The position numbers and the translations under genes were made by a program. This document shows, one piece after another, positions 53,059 to 64,000 of a stretch of 64,000 nucleotides of DNA (positions are counted from its first letter, which is position 1; every line of letters begins with the position of its first letter). Origin of the DNA: Hypanus sabinus. Its lineage: Eukaryota. Under the pieces are notes generated by a model. The model made no database searches and was not told the DNA's origin. It saw nothing but the letters and a program-made list of their open reading frames with translations. The stretch covers positions 56,296,001-56,360,000 of the forward strand of contig NC_082714.1 in assembly GCF_030144855.1 (NCBI RefSeq), written 5' to 3'.

Positions 53059-54148
53059 GATTCGGTTTGACCCTGAAGAGTCATAATGGGGTAAGAGCTT
53101 TTGTATGGCTAATTACATGGGGGTGGGGGAGAAGGATGGACTAAATATTAATCCATATTCAGCAGCATGATCTGTTAGAGCAAAGGGAAGATTGATTGGA
53201 TTTGTTCTCTCTTGGGTCCCTTGGCATCAAAGGTAAAGGCCAGAGAATATCTATTTGAGTTGTGATGGCGTTGGGTGGTGCTGAGTTTGAAGAACTGCTA
53301 CGTTAGGAGGTTGGGATTTGAGAGTTCCTAATAATCAAAGAAAGTCGTCGTAGGAGTCATCCAATATAGGCAGAAAAGCTGATAGGACAGGCATCATTTT
53401 TGGTGATTGGAGGAAAGTATCGGGGGGTGGAGATAACAGAGTTCAGATAGTTTACAGAGTGGTGGGTATGTGGAACGCTCTGCCTGTAGTGATGACAGAG
53501 ACAGATAGGAAACAGATGGGCACATGGATGATATAAGAATGAAGAGCTATGTAGGAGGAAAGAGGTTGATCTTGGAATAGATTAAAATGTCAGCACAGTG
53601 TAGTAGGCTGAGGGACCTGCAGCACGCTGTGATGTTCTCTGTTCAAGTGGAATCATAGTTGCGATATGGATATATACTGTACTAAAGCATCGTGAATGAC
53701 TAATCAAATTCAATCCCCCAACAGCATTTCAGTTCATCAAATACATTTGGAATAAGTATTTGGTATCTGTAACAATAAGCATAGAACTAGAAGACTGTTA
53801 TCTCTTTAGGAAAGGAAACTGGGCTGCAACGTAGTAGAATGTTAGTTACTATCAGAAATATGTCAAAAGCTGGCTGATAAAAGTCGCTGCTTTCCAAAGG
53901 GTAATAAGTGCTGGCACAGATTGTGTCTGAAGTAAAATATCTCATTGTGAGGTCGAATATATCTGATTAGCCAAGCAATCTTGCACAATCTAAAGGCCAA
54001 CTGTACTAACAGTCTTTCCACGACCCTTTAACTTAGCACAGACTAGAGGACAGGCCAATTGTTTGAAGCAATGCTTACACATCAGTGACACATTTGGGCT
54101 AGAAAACTTACACAAAACGTTTCTGAAATCAGTCTTTTGCTTTTGCAG

Positions 54149-54350
54149 GTTCTTGCTGTCGGAATTGTGTGAAACACCCAGCATCCTAGCAGTGCTTGAA
54201 GTACAACGTGCTGCTCTGGCTCTTGATGTTCGTTCAGAGAGATATTTCCAATGCTTCAACATTTCCTGAAGTCAGATAAAGAATAAATTACTATTGAAGA
54301 CTTGGGACTGGGCATATGTGATCTGATTAATAAACAGCAACTAATGATAC
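54149..54350 (+). other. NDUFAB1: Probable non-coding last exon (3' UTR) of NDUFAB1
   Basis: Donor GTAAGA at 53091, strong acceptor cttttgcttttgcag ending 54148, AATAAA at 54282 and 54329. Confidence 0.65.
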
Positions 54351-54389
54351 ACTAAGTTCTAGATCAATGAGTAACTGTGGCTATTTATT

Positions 54390-55100
54390 GGTTCCAAAAT
54401 AAGCTTATTACCAAAATAGATACTGTACCTCACCATATGCAATGCTGAAATTTGTTTTCCTACGGGCATGCACAGTAAATCCAAGCAATACAAAAGAATC
54501 AGTGAAAGATCTCACCCAACAAGATGGACAAACAACCAATGTGCAAAAGATGACAATACTGTACAGATACAGAAGAAAAAATAAATAAGCAATGTGTATT
54601 GAGAGCATGAGATGAAGAGTCCTTGAAAGTGAGCCCATTGATTGTGGGAACAGTTCAGTGATGGGGGCAAGTGATTGGTCTAAGAGCCTGATGCTTGAGG
54701 GGTAATAACTGTTTCGGAGCCTGGTAGAGTGGGTCCTGAGGTTCCTGTATCACCTTCCTGATGGCAGCAACGAGAAGAAAGCATGGCCTGGGCAGTGGGG
54801 GTCCTTAATGGTGGATGCTGCTGCTCTGTGACAGTGCCCTGCGTAGATGTGCTCAATGGTGGGGAGGGCCATATCCACTACTATTTATAGGATTTTCCGT
54901 TCAAGGGCATTTTTGTTTCCTTACCAGGCCTTGATGCAACCAGTCAATATACTCTCCACTACACATTTGAAGAAGTTTGTCAAAGTTTTAGATGTCATGT
55001 AGATCTTCTAAAGAAGTAGAGGTGTTGCTGTGCTTTCTTCATAATTGCACTTACATGCTTGGGCCAGGACAAATCCTCTGAAATGATAACACAGAAGAAC
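54390..55100 (-). mobile_element. Rex1/Babar-like LINE 3' fragment
   Basis: Homologous to 4062-4600 and reverse-homologous to 26890-27140. Confidence 0.65.
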
Positions 55101-58100
55101 TTGGATAGAGGGGGACTAATTGTGGATAGTTAACATAGCTTTGTACACGGTAAGTTGTGTCAAATCAATCTTAGTTTTTTGTGAAAGCTAATGAAGGCAA
55201 GACGGAGGATGTTGTCAATGTGGGCTTTGATAAGGTCTCACATGGGAGGTTGATCAGGAAGGTTCAGTTACTCGACATTCAAATTGAGGTAGATTGGATT
55301 AGACATTGGCTTTGTGAAAGAAGCTAGAGAGTGGTTGTAGATGGTTGCCTCTGACTGGAGACCTGTGACTAGTGGTGTACTATAGGGATCGTTGCTGGGT
55401 CTATTGGTATAGATGACAATGTGATAAACTATATTTGCAGATGAGACCAGGGTTGGGAGTGTAGTGGATAGTGAGGAAAACTATCAGAGCTTGCAATGGA
55501 ATCTGGGCCAACTAAGAAAATGGCAGATGGAATTTAATGCAGACAAGTGTGAGGTGTTGCACTTCAGGAGGGCCAACCAGGGCAGGGTTACACGGTGAGT
55601 GGTAGGGCACTGAGAAGTGTGGTAGAACAGATCCATAATTCATTGAAATTGGTGTCACAGGTAGATAGGGTTTAAAGAAAGCTTTTGGTGCATTGATTTA
55701 TGAAGGCCGTTGTATTGAATACAAGATTTGGGATGTTATGTTGTATAAGGGGCCTTGTTTGGAATATTGTGTCCAGTTTATGTCGCCTACCTGCAAGAAA
55801 GATGTAAATAAGATTGAGATAGTGCAGAGAAAATTTACTATGATGTTTGCCCCATCTCCCCACAGCCTTAACAGTGACAGAACATAAGAAATAGGAGCAG
55901 GAGTAGGCCATCCGGCCCATCGAGCCTGCCCCGCCATTCAATAAGATCATGACTGATCTGTTCCTCATGTCATGTTCCTCACCTACCACCCTGTGAGCCT
56001 CAATATCCAACACATCATTCTCCGCAAGTTCTGCTGTCTCCAAAGGGATCCCGCCACCAAGCACAACTTTACCTCCCAACACTATTTTTGCAGGGATCAC
56101 TCCATTTGTCCCTCTCAGTACTTATCCCTGCAAGTGGCTGAAGTCCCATATCTGCCCATTCATCACCACCTTCATCTCTGCTGTAGTGTCCTGTGACTGG
56201 TAATCCTGATTCTGGTGTTTCTGTAAGCAAAACCTGCAAAACTACTGTTTTTATGGATGATTTGTGGTAAGTTAGTTTTCAGTTAATAGACATAGTTATA
56301 CAGTATAGCACAGACAGGCCAGCTGATCCAACAAGTCCATTGCAGCATGTGTATACCACTAACTATGTTATAGTTGTACAACATGAATATAGGCCCTTGG
56401 GTGCAACTAGTCCATGCTGATGAAGATGCTTCATCCAAGTTTGTCCCATTTGTCCATGTTTGGCTCATAACCTTCTGAACCTTTCCAATCTCTGTATTTG
56501 TCCAACCAAAACAGGTTGAGCATGGCAAGAAGAATGTTCTGAGGTGCATCTGTTTCAGTGCAAGGTGTAATTATGATATAGTCATTATTGAGATGGTTGC
56601 AGGACTGAGCCAGGATTCAGTTCTTTTAGACTGGATAGGGAGGTATTGAAGGGGAAGGGGTGGCATTACTTGTCAAGGTATATGTCAGAGCAATGCTCAG
56701 ACTGGTGGGCTCATCTACTGAGGTAATATGGGTGGACTGAGGAATAGAAAAGTGATGGCCATGTTAATGGAATTATAGACCACCCAATAGCAGGATTTAG
56801 AGGAACAAATTTGTAGAGATATTGCAGACAGTAGCAAGTAAAATAAGGTGATTTTAACTTTCCACATACTCACTGGGACTCTCGTACTGTAAAGGGATTA
56901 GAGGGGATAAAGTTTGTCAAATGTGTTTAGGAAAGTTTCCTTAATAAATAGAGGTCCTAACTGCATGAAGTCTAATACTGGATCTCCTATTAGGGAACAA
57001 GACAGGGCAGGTGACAAGTTTGTGCAGGCGAACACTGATTCTGGTGATCATAATTCCATTAGTTTAAAGCTAATTATGGAAAAGAACAGGACTGGTCGTC
57101 AGTTGAGATTTAAAATTGCAGAAAGGCCAATTTTGATGCCATCAGAAAGAACTTGGCAGGTTTTCAGGCAAAGGGATGCTTGATAAGTGGGAAGTCTTCA
57201 AAAGTGAAATATTGAGAGTTTGTACAGTATTTTCCTGTACAGATTTTGGGAATCTAGGGGGTTTTCAAGGAATATTCAGAAAAAAAGTTAGCAAGGGTCA
57301 AAATTGGTCCACCTGAAATGGTGCCAAATGAAATGAGGCAAACTGAAATGGACTTTTTTTTGTATATTTACTCAGGAAATGGACACAATCTATAGAACTA
57401 TTTTCAAAACAACAGTGAGGCCATAGACCATTTACAAACTATGTTGAGAGCAGTTGGAACTTGTGGAGGCTAGTTCCAAAGTTGCATAGCCCTGGCAAAG
57501 TATTTAAGATGGCCTTGGCAACAAGTACTGGAGGGTAGCTAATGTTCTGTTTCAATAAAGGCTTTAAGAATATGTAGGGAAATTACAGGCTGGCGAGTCT
57601 GATGTCAGTAGTGGGTAAATTAATGGGTTATTCTAAGGGATCAGAGATAGGAGTATATATATAAAAAAAGATCTGATTAAGGATAGTCAACATAGCTTTG
57701 TACATGACAGTTCATGTCTAACCAATCTTAGATTTTTTTCAAGGAGGTTATCAGGAAAGTCAGTACATGGACTTTCTCAAGGCCTTTGATAAAGTTCTGC
57801 ATGGGAAGTTGGTCAAAAAGGTCAGTCACTTGGCATACAAGCTGAGGTAGTAAATTGGATTTGATGTTGGCTTTGTGGGAGAAGCCAGAGAACGGTAGTA
57901 GATGGTTGCCTCTCTGACTGGAGGCTTGTGTGGAGTCAGCTGTTGTTTGTTATCTATATCAATAATCTGGGTGATAATGTAGTAACCTGGATCAGCAAAA
58001 TTGTGGATGACCCCAAGATTGGGGGTGTAGTGGACAGTGTGGATGCCTATCAAAACCTGCAGAGTTATATGGACCAGCTGGAAAACTGGGCTGAAAAATG

Positions 58101-59745
58101 ACATGGAATTTAGAGCAGACAAATGTGTGATGTTGCACTTTGGGAGGACAAACCAGGGTAGGACTTACACAGTGTGAACAGTAGGGCACTGGGGTGTGCG
58201 GTAGAACAGGGATCTGAGAATCCTTGAAAATGGTGTCGCAGGTAGATAGGGTTGTAATGAGAGCTTTTGGCAAATTGGCCTTCATAAATCGAAGTATTGA
58301 GGACAGGAGTTGGGATGTTATTTTGGTAGGTCAAATATGATGGCAGGATATAGTATTAATGGTATGATCAGAAGGATCTTGGGGTCCCTGTCAAAGCTGC
58401 TGCGCAGGTTGACTGGTTGAGAGAGCATTTGGCGCATTGAGTTTAGAAGCCGAGAGATAACGTTGCAGCTATATAGGACCCTCATCAGACCCCACAGTAC
58501 TCCAAGTACTGTGCTCAGTTCTAGTCACCTACTGTAGAAACCATAGAAAGGGTGCAGAGGAGATTTACAAGGATGTTGCCTGGATTGGGGAGCATGCCTT
58601 ATGAGAATAGGTTGAGTGAACTCGGCCTTTTTTCCTTGGAGCGACGGAGGATGAGGGACGACCTGATAGAAGTGTATAAGATGATGAGAGGCATTGATTG
58701 TGTGGATAGTCAGAAGCTTTTTCCCGGGGCTGGAATGGCTAGTGCAAGAGGGCACAGATTTAAGATGCTGGAAGTAGGTACAGAGGAGATGTCAGGGGTA
58801 AGTTTTTTTATGCAGAAGGTAGTGAGTGTGTGGAATGGGCTGCCAGCGACGATGGTAGAGGCAGATATTATAGGGTCTTTTATGAGACTCCTGGACAGGT
58901 ACATGAGCTCAGAAAACTAGAGGGCTATGGGTAACCCTAGGTAATTTCTAAGGTAAGGGCATGTTCAGCACAGCTTTGTGGGTCAAAGGGCCTGTATTGT
59001 GCTGTAGGTTTTCTATGTTGAAGTATAAGACCAAATTTGGAGTTTGGTGTTTGAAAGGGTACAGAGAAAATTTACAAGGATGTTGCTGGAAACTGAGGAC
59101 CAGAGTTAAAGGAAAAGGCTGAATGGGTTAGGATGTTATACCCTGGAGAGTAGGAGAATGAGGGGCAATTTGATAAAGGTATACAAAATTATGAGCGGTA
59201 TATCTAGAGTATTGCAAATAATCTTTTTCCACGAAGGTTGGGTGAAACTGGAACAAGAGGTCATGGGCTAAGGGTGAAAGGTAAAATATTTAAGAGGAAC
59301 ATACACAAAGTGCTGGAGGAACTCAGTAGGTCTGGCAGCTTCTATGAAAATTAGTAGTCATTGACCCAATAGTCAACTTTTTGGGTTGAGTGTCTTCTTC
59401 AGGACTAGAAAGGAAGGGGCAAGATGCCAGAATAAAAAAGGTCGGGAGAAGGAAAGGAGGTCGAGCTAAAAGGTGATAGGTGAAGCCTGGTGGGTGGGAA
59501 AGGTATCGGGCTGGAGTAAAAGGAACTTTTAAAGGGAAGCGGAAGTTAACAACTTCACTTAGGGGATGGTGGGAGCGTGGAACGAGCTGCCAGAGGAAGT
59601 GGTGGATATGGGTTCGATTTCAACATTTAGGAGAATGAAGGGCTGTGGTCTAGGTGTGGGCCGATGGGACTAACCAGAATAACGGGCATGGACCAGATGG
59701 GCCAAATGGCCTGTTTCTGCGCTGTCGTTCCCTATGATTCCATGT
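55100..59745 (+). mobile_element. Cluster of nested CR1 fragments with a small Penelope piece at ~55970-56180
   Basis: Repeated CR1 RT and C-terminal motifs ([37 protein letters not shown]). Confidence 0.8.
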
Positions 59746-61705
59746 CTTCTAAAAGTTGTTTTTGAACCTCCCTCAACCGTTCCCTCTGGTAGATCATTCT
59801 ACACAGATTTCTTCTGTGTAAAAAAAAATGCCCCCCCAATTTCCTACTAAATCTTTTTCCCATACACTTTAAAGCGATGCTTTCCAGTTCTCCATTCCGA
59901 ACCCTGAGAAAAAAAGATTGAGAGCGTCACCCTTTCTGTTCCCCTCGTTATTTTATACTCGTCAATAAAGTCATGTCATAAACACGAGAAAGTCTGAAGC
60001 AACACCCACAAAATGCTGGAGGAACTCGGCGTGTTAGGCAGCATCTGTGATAGTCGACGTATCAGGTTGAAACCCTTCAGGACTCATGTCTCAGTCTCCT
60101 GCGCTCCAAAGAATAAATTACCCGGCTCTCCAATCTCTTGTAAGTCTTTCTCCCCCCATATTTCCCCTGGCTTCGAGTTCTGCCTGGTTTAATTTTTCTC
60201 GAACTCTTTTCGTAATGACCTCTATAGATTGTAAGCAATCTAAATTAAATTTGCCCCGAATTCGCTGTTGAATTCATTATGTATTAGTAATTAGTTATGC
60301 GTGGGGTGGAGAGAAGTCACAATCTGCCTGAGAAGCAACCGGGAGCTGCATCCAGGTACTCTGGCACCGGGAAAGGAGGATGTATGCTGTAGTAAACGTT
60401 TTCTCCACATGATGGCGGAATGGTGCAGTTTTATGTCTTCAGATACCGTATATCCATGTTAAAAATTATCAATGTCTCTGACACCTCTACAAGTCGCCGC
60501 GTATCTGTGAATGTAAATGTTATATGTGGTTATCCACCTAGACTGAAAATGGGCAGAAAGCTAGCAACTGATACAGTCCCGTTCCCTGTGCTCCCCCCAC
60601 CCCCCCGTTCCCTCAGTACGTATCCCCAGCTACCCTCGGGTTTTTCCCACTCTCGAAAGCGCTGTCCCTCCCGACCTTTTGCACCGTCCCTGCTGGTTGA
60701 CCCTCAGCCCAATCCACACACACAGTTCTCCGTCACGTTTCCCTGACTGGATCCTAAAAGGATATCCTTTCTGACCGGCAGCCAACCACAAGAGATGAGA
60801 TATCAGATTCAGCGAGCAACCCGCCGCCGGGCGCCCTGCCTCTCACTCCGATAAATGCAGCTCCCGGGTCAGATGCCGCTATCTTCCCTGCGGACTCCTC
60901 GCATTCCTCCTGGATGAATTATGTGGGCCAGAACCAACTGCCTCTTGCTTCTCGCCAATGCAGGTAATCGGAATGAACAGTCCGAAATAAAAGAGTGGAA
61001 GGAATGGGAGAGATTGTTTATAGCGGAAACTCCGTCGCGCGTTTTTTTAAAATTATAGGCCAAAGCAGGATTTAGTAAAAAAATCAACGTACTTTTCTGA
61101 AGAGCCAGTGGTCACTTACAATCTGATGCATTTTGTGTCTGGAAATTACTTCTCTGTGGCGCATAAAGTGAAAGAATAACGTGTACGGACGGTGTATGTC
61201 CTCGCCTTTACTGTGTATAAAAGGACCGAGTGTCGCAGTATTATGGGACAGTATGTCTCACCACAGACTCTGTACTATAGGACAGTGCGTACCAGCGATG
61301 GCAATGTGTACAACAGTGCTGGTCTGTCTAGCTGTTACCCGTTCCCTCTCCGCCTGCAGATATTTAATTTGTGGGTTGACAAATGCTACTCACATAATAT
61401 ACAACGACGAGACCCGGCCTGCAGAAACACTAGATTCTCCCGTCATCTGCAGCTCTTCTAGTTGACGGCACCTTGCCTGAGAGGTGCGCTCAAAACTGCC
61501 CACGTTTCAGGGTATGCACACTGTGGCACTGAGTTGCGGGCTGAGCCGTTACCGATAGAAATTAAATAAACGTGTTGCTATACCCATGTACGTAATAAAA
61601 TGAAAAACACAAGAGATTCTGAGATGCTGGAAATCCAGAGCAACACACAAAAAATGCTGGAGAAACTCAGCAGGTCAGGCAGCATCTATGGAAATGAATG
61701 AACTT

Positions 61706-61738
61706 TCAACGTTTCGGGCCGAGACCCTTCTTCAGGTC
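61706..61738 (-). ncRNA. Minimal type I hammerhead ribozyme motif in a Penelope-associated repeat
   Basis: Minus strand CUGAAGA-AGGGUCUCGGCCC-GAAAC-GUU: both conserved core boxes, a GGG/CCC stem II and an NUH triplet. Confidence 0.55.
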
Positions 61739-61963
61739 TTGTTTATTCAATGACCACGTTTATTAAATAGCAGCTGTTTATTCATTTCCATAGATGCTGC
61801 CTAACCTGCTGAGTTCCTCCAGCGCTTTGTTACATGTAATTAAATGGTTGTTCACATTTGTAATACATTTTAATATAAATGTCACCTTTCTTCCATTCAT
61901 CCAAATCACGCAATTGCGAATTTCCCAAACTTTGCCCTGTTCAGCGTTTGACATTGAGACAGT

Positions 61964-61966
<3 letters not shown>

Positions 61967-61996
<30 letters not shown>
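61967..61996. repeat. (GA)n microsatellite
   Basis: Direct dinucleotide run. Confidence 0.95.
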
Positions 61997-62004
61997 CATG
62001 GCCA

Positions 62005-63649
62005 GCACTGACCGTGTGTGACAGGACCCTGTGAGCCCGCACTGACCGTGTGTGACAGGACCCTGTGAGCCCGCACTGACCGTCTACGACAGGACCCTGT
62101 GAGCCCGCACTGACCGTGTGCGACAGGACCCTGTGAGCCCGCACTGACCGTCTACGACAGGACCCTGTGAGCCCGCACTGACCGTGTGTGACAGGACAGT
62201 GTGAGTCCGCACTGACTGTGTGTGACAGGACCCTGTGAGCCCGCACTGACCGTGTGTGACAGGACCCTGTGAGCCCGCACTGACCGTGTGTGACAGGACA
62301 GTGTGAGTCCGCACTGACCGTGTGTGACAGGACCCTGTGAGCCCGCACTGACCGTGTCTGACAGGACCCTGTGAGTCTGCACTGACCGTCTACGACAGGA
62401 CCCTGTGAGCCCGCACTGACCGTGTCTGACAGGACCCTGTGAGTCTGCACTGACCGTCTACGACAGGACCCTGTGAGCCCGCACTGACCGTGTCTGACAG
62501 GACCCTGTGAGTCTGCACTGACCGTCTACGACAGGACCCTGTGAGCCCGCACTGACCGTGTGCGACAGGACCCTGTGAGCCCGCACTGACCGTCTACGAC
62601 AGGACCCTGTGAGCCCGCACTGACGTGTGCGACAGGACCCTGTGAGCCTGCACTGACCGTGTACGACAGGACCCTGTGAGCCCGCACTGACCGTGTGTGA
62701 CAGGACCCTGTGAGCCCGCACTGACCGTGTGTGACAGGACCCTGTGAGCCCGCACTGACCGTGTGTGACAGGACCCTGTGAGCCCGCACTGACCGTGTGT
62801 GACAGGACAGTGTGAGTCCGCACTGACTGTGTGTGACAGGACCCTGTGAGCCCGCACTGACCGTGTGTGACAGGACCCTGTGAGCCCGCACTGACCGTGT
62901 GCGACAGGACCCTGTGAGCCCGCACTGACCGTGTGCGACAGGACCCTGTGAGCCTGCACTGACCGTGTGCGACAGGACCCTGTGAGCCCGCACTGACTGT
63001 GTGTGACAGGACCCTGTGAGCCCGCACTGACCGTGTGTGACAGGATCCTGTGAGCCCGCACTGACCGTGTACGACAGGACCCTGTGAGCCCGCACTGACC
63101 GTGTGTGACAGGACAGTGTGAGCCCGCACTGACCGTGTGCGACAGGACCCTGTGAGCCCGCACTGACCGTGTGCGACAGGACCCTGTGAGCCCGCACTGA
63201 CCGTGTGTGACAGGACCCTGTGAGCCTGCACTGACCGTGTGTGACAGGACCCTGTGAGCCCGCACTGACCGTGTGCGACAGGACCCTGTGAGTCCGCACT
63301 GACCGTGTGCGACAGGACCCTGTGAGTCCGCACTGACCGTGTGCGACAGGACCCTGTGAGTCCGCACTGACCGTGTGCGACAGGACCCTGTGAGCCCGCA
63401 CTGACCGTGTGTGACAGGACCCTGTGAGCCCGCACTGACCGTGTGTGACAGGACCCTGTGAGCCCGCACTGACCGTGTGTGACAGGACCCTGTGAGCCCG
63501 CACTGACCGTGTGTGACAGGACCCTGTGAGCCCGCACTGACCGTGTGTGACAGGACCCTGTGAGCCCGCACTGACCGTGTGTGACAGGACCCTGTGAGCC
63601 CGCACTGACCGTGTGTGACAGGACCCTGTGAGCCCACACTGACTGTGTG
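62005..63649. repeat. 34-bp minisatellite, about 48 copies
   Basis: Unit GCACTGACCGTGTGTGACAGGACCCTGTGAGCCC head-to-tail with minor variants. Confidence 0.97.
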
Positions 63650-64000
63650 CAGAATCACAATCAGGTTTATTGGCACAGTGAAATGTGCTGTTTTTTGACA
63701 GCACTACAGTGCTAGCATAAAAGAAAACTATAAATTACAATAAAATAATTAATTAAATGAATAATTAAAGAGCAATAGTGAGGCAGTGTTCATGAATACT
63801 TGAACCATTGAGAAGTCTGATTGTGTACGGGAAGAAGCTGTCCCTATCATGCTGAGTGTGGGTTTTCAGGCTCCCTGATTGTAGTAAAGAGAAGAGGGCA
63901 TGTCCCGGATAGTGAAAGTAGACCCTATCTGTAGTAGGTGACCTCATGAGGGAGGCTCCAAAGCCTCTGTCGATTCTTTCCATTGGCATCTCCAAAGCAG
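63650..64000 (-). mobile_element. Rex1/Babar-like LINE 3' fragment
   Basis: HYPGHALFSLLQSG...DSFFPYTIRLLN. Confidence 0.65.

Noticed and set aside
60914-60963. Peptide MNYVGQ resembling the lipin N-terminus
   Set aside because: Similarity ends after six residues (NQLPLASRQ); treated as chance.
62005-63649. CRISPR array or 390-aa repeat protein genes
   Set aside because: Units are head-to-tail with no unique spacers, there are no cas genes and the DNA is vertebrate; the ORFs are a by-product of a stop-free repeat unit.
54400-64000. UBFD1 exons expected from human synteny
   Set aside because: No recognisable exon found on either strand within the window.

Overview
Eukaryotic, repeat-rich vertebrate DNA. 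The CR1/Penelope/Rex1 repeat landscape suggests a cartilaginous fish, possibly a ray; that is an inference. It holds the conserved DCTN5-PALB2-NDUFAB1 cluster: DCTN5 exon 1 (minus, head-to-head with PALB2), a complete 14-coding-exon PALB2 (3758-30624, about 1282 aa) and a complete NDUFAB1 (38165-53058, 154 aa, plus a non-coding last exon). Introns and intergenic DNA contain two Gypsy LTR retrotransposons, solo LTRs, a hAT element, CR1, Rex1, Tx1 and Penelope-like fragments, and a 34-bp minisatellite. The most notable observation is almost invisible in the ORF track: a heavily decayed foamy-virus-like (spumaretroviral) pol (RT, connection, RNase H, integrase with N-terminal extension) antisense in NDUFAB1 intron 1, split by later Tx1 and Gypsy insertions. 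Penelope-associated minimal hammerhead ribozyme motifs are also present. All protein comparisons were made by eye against remembered sequences; no searches were run.
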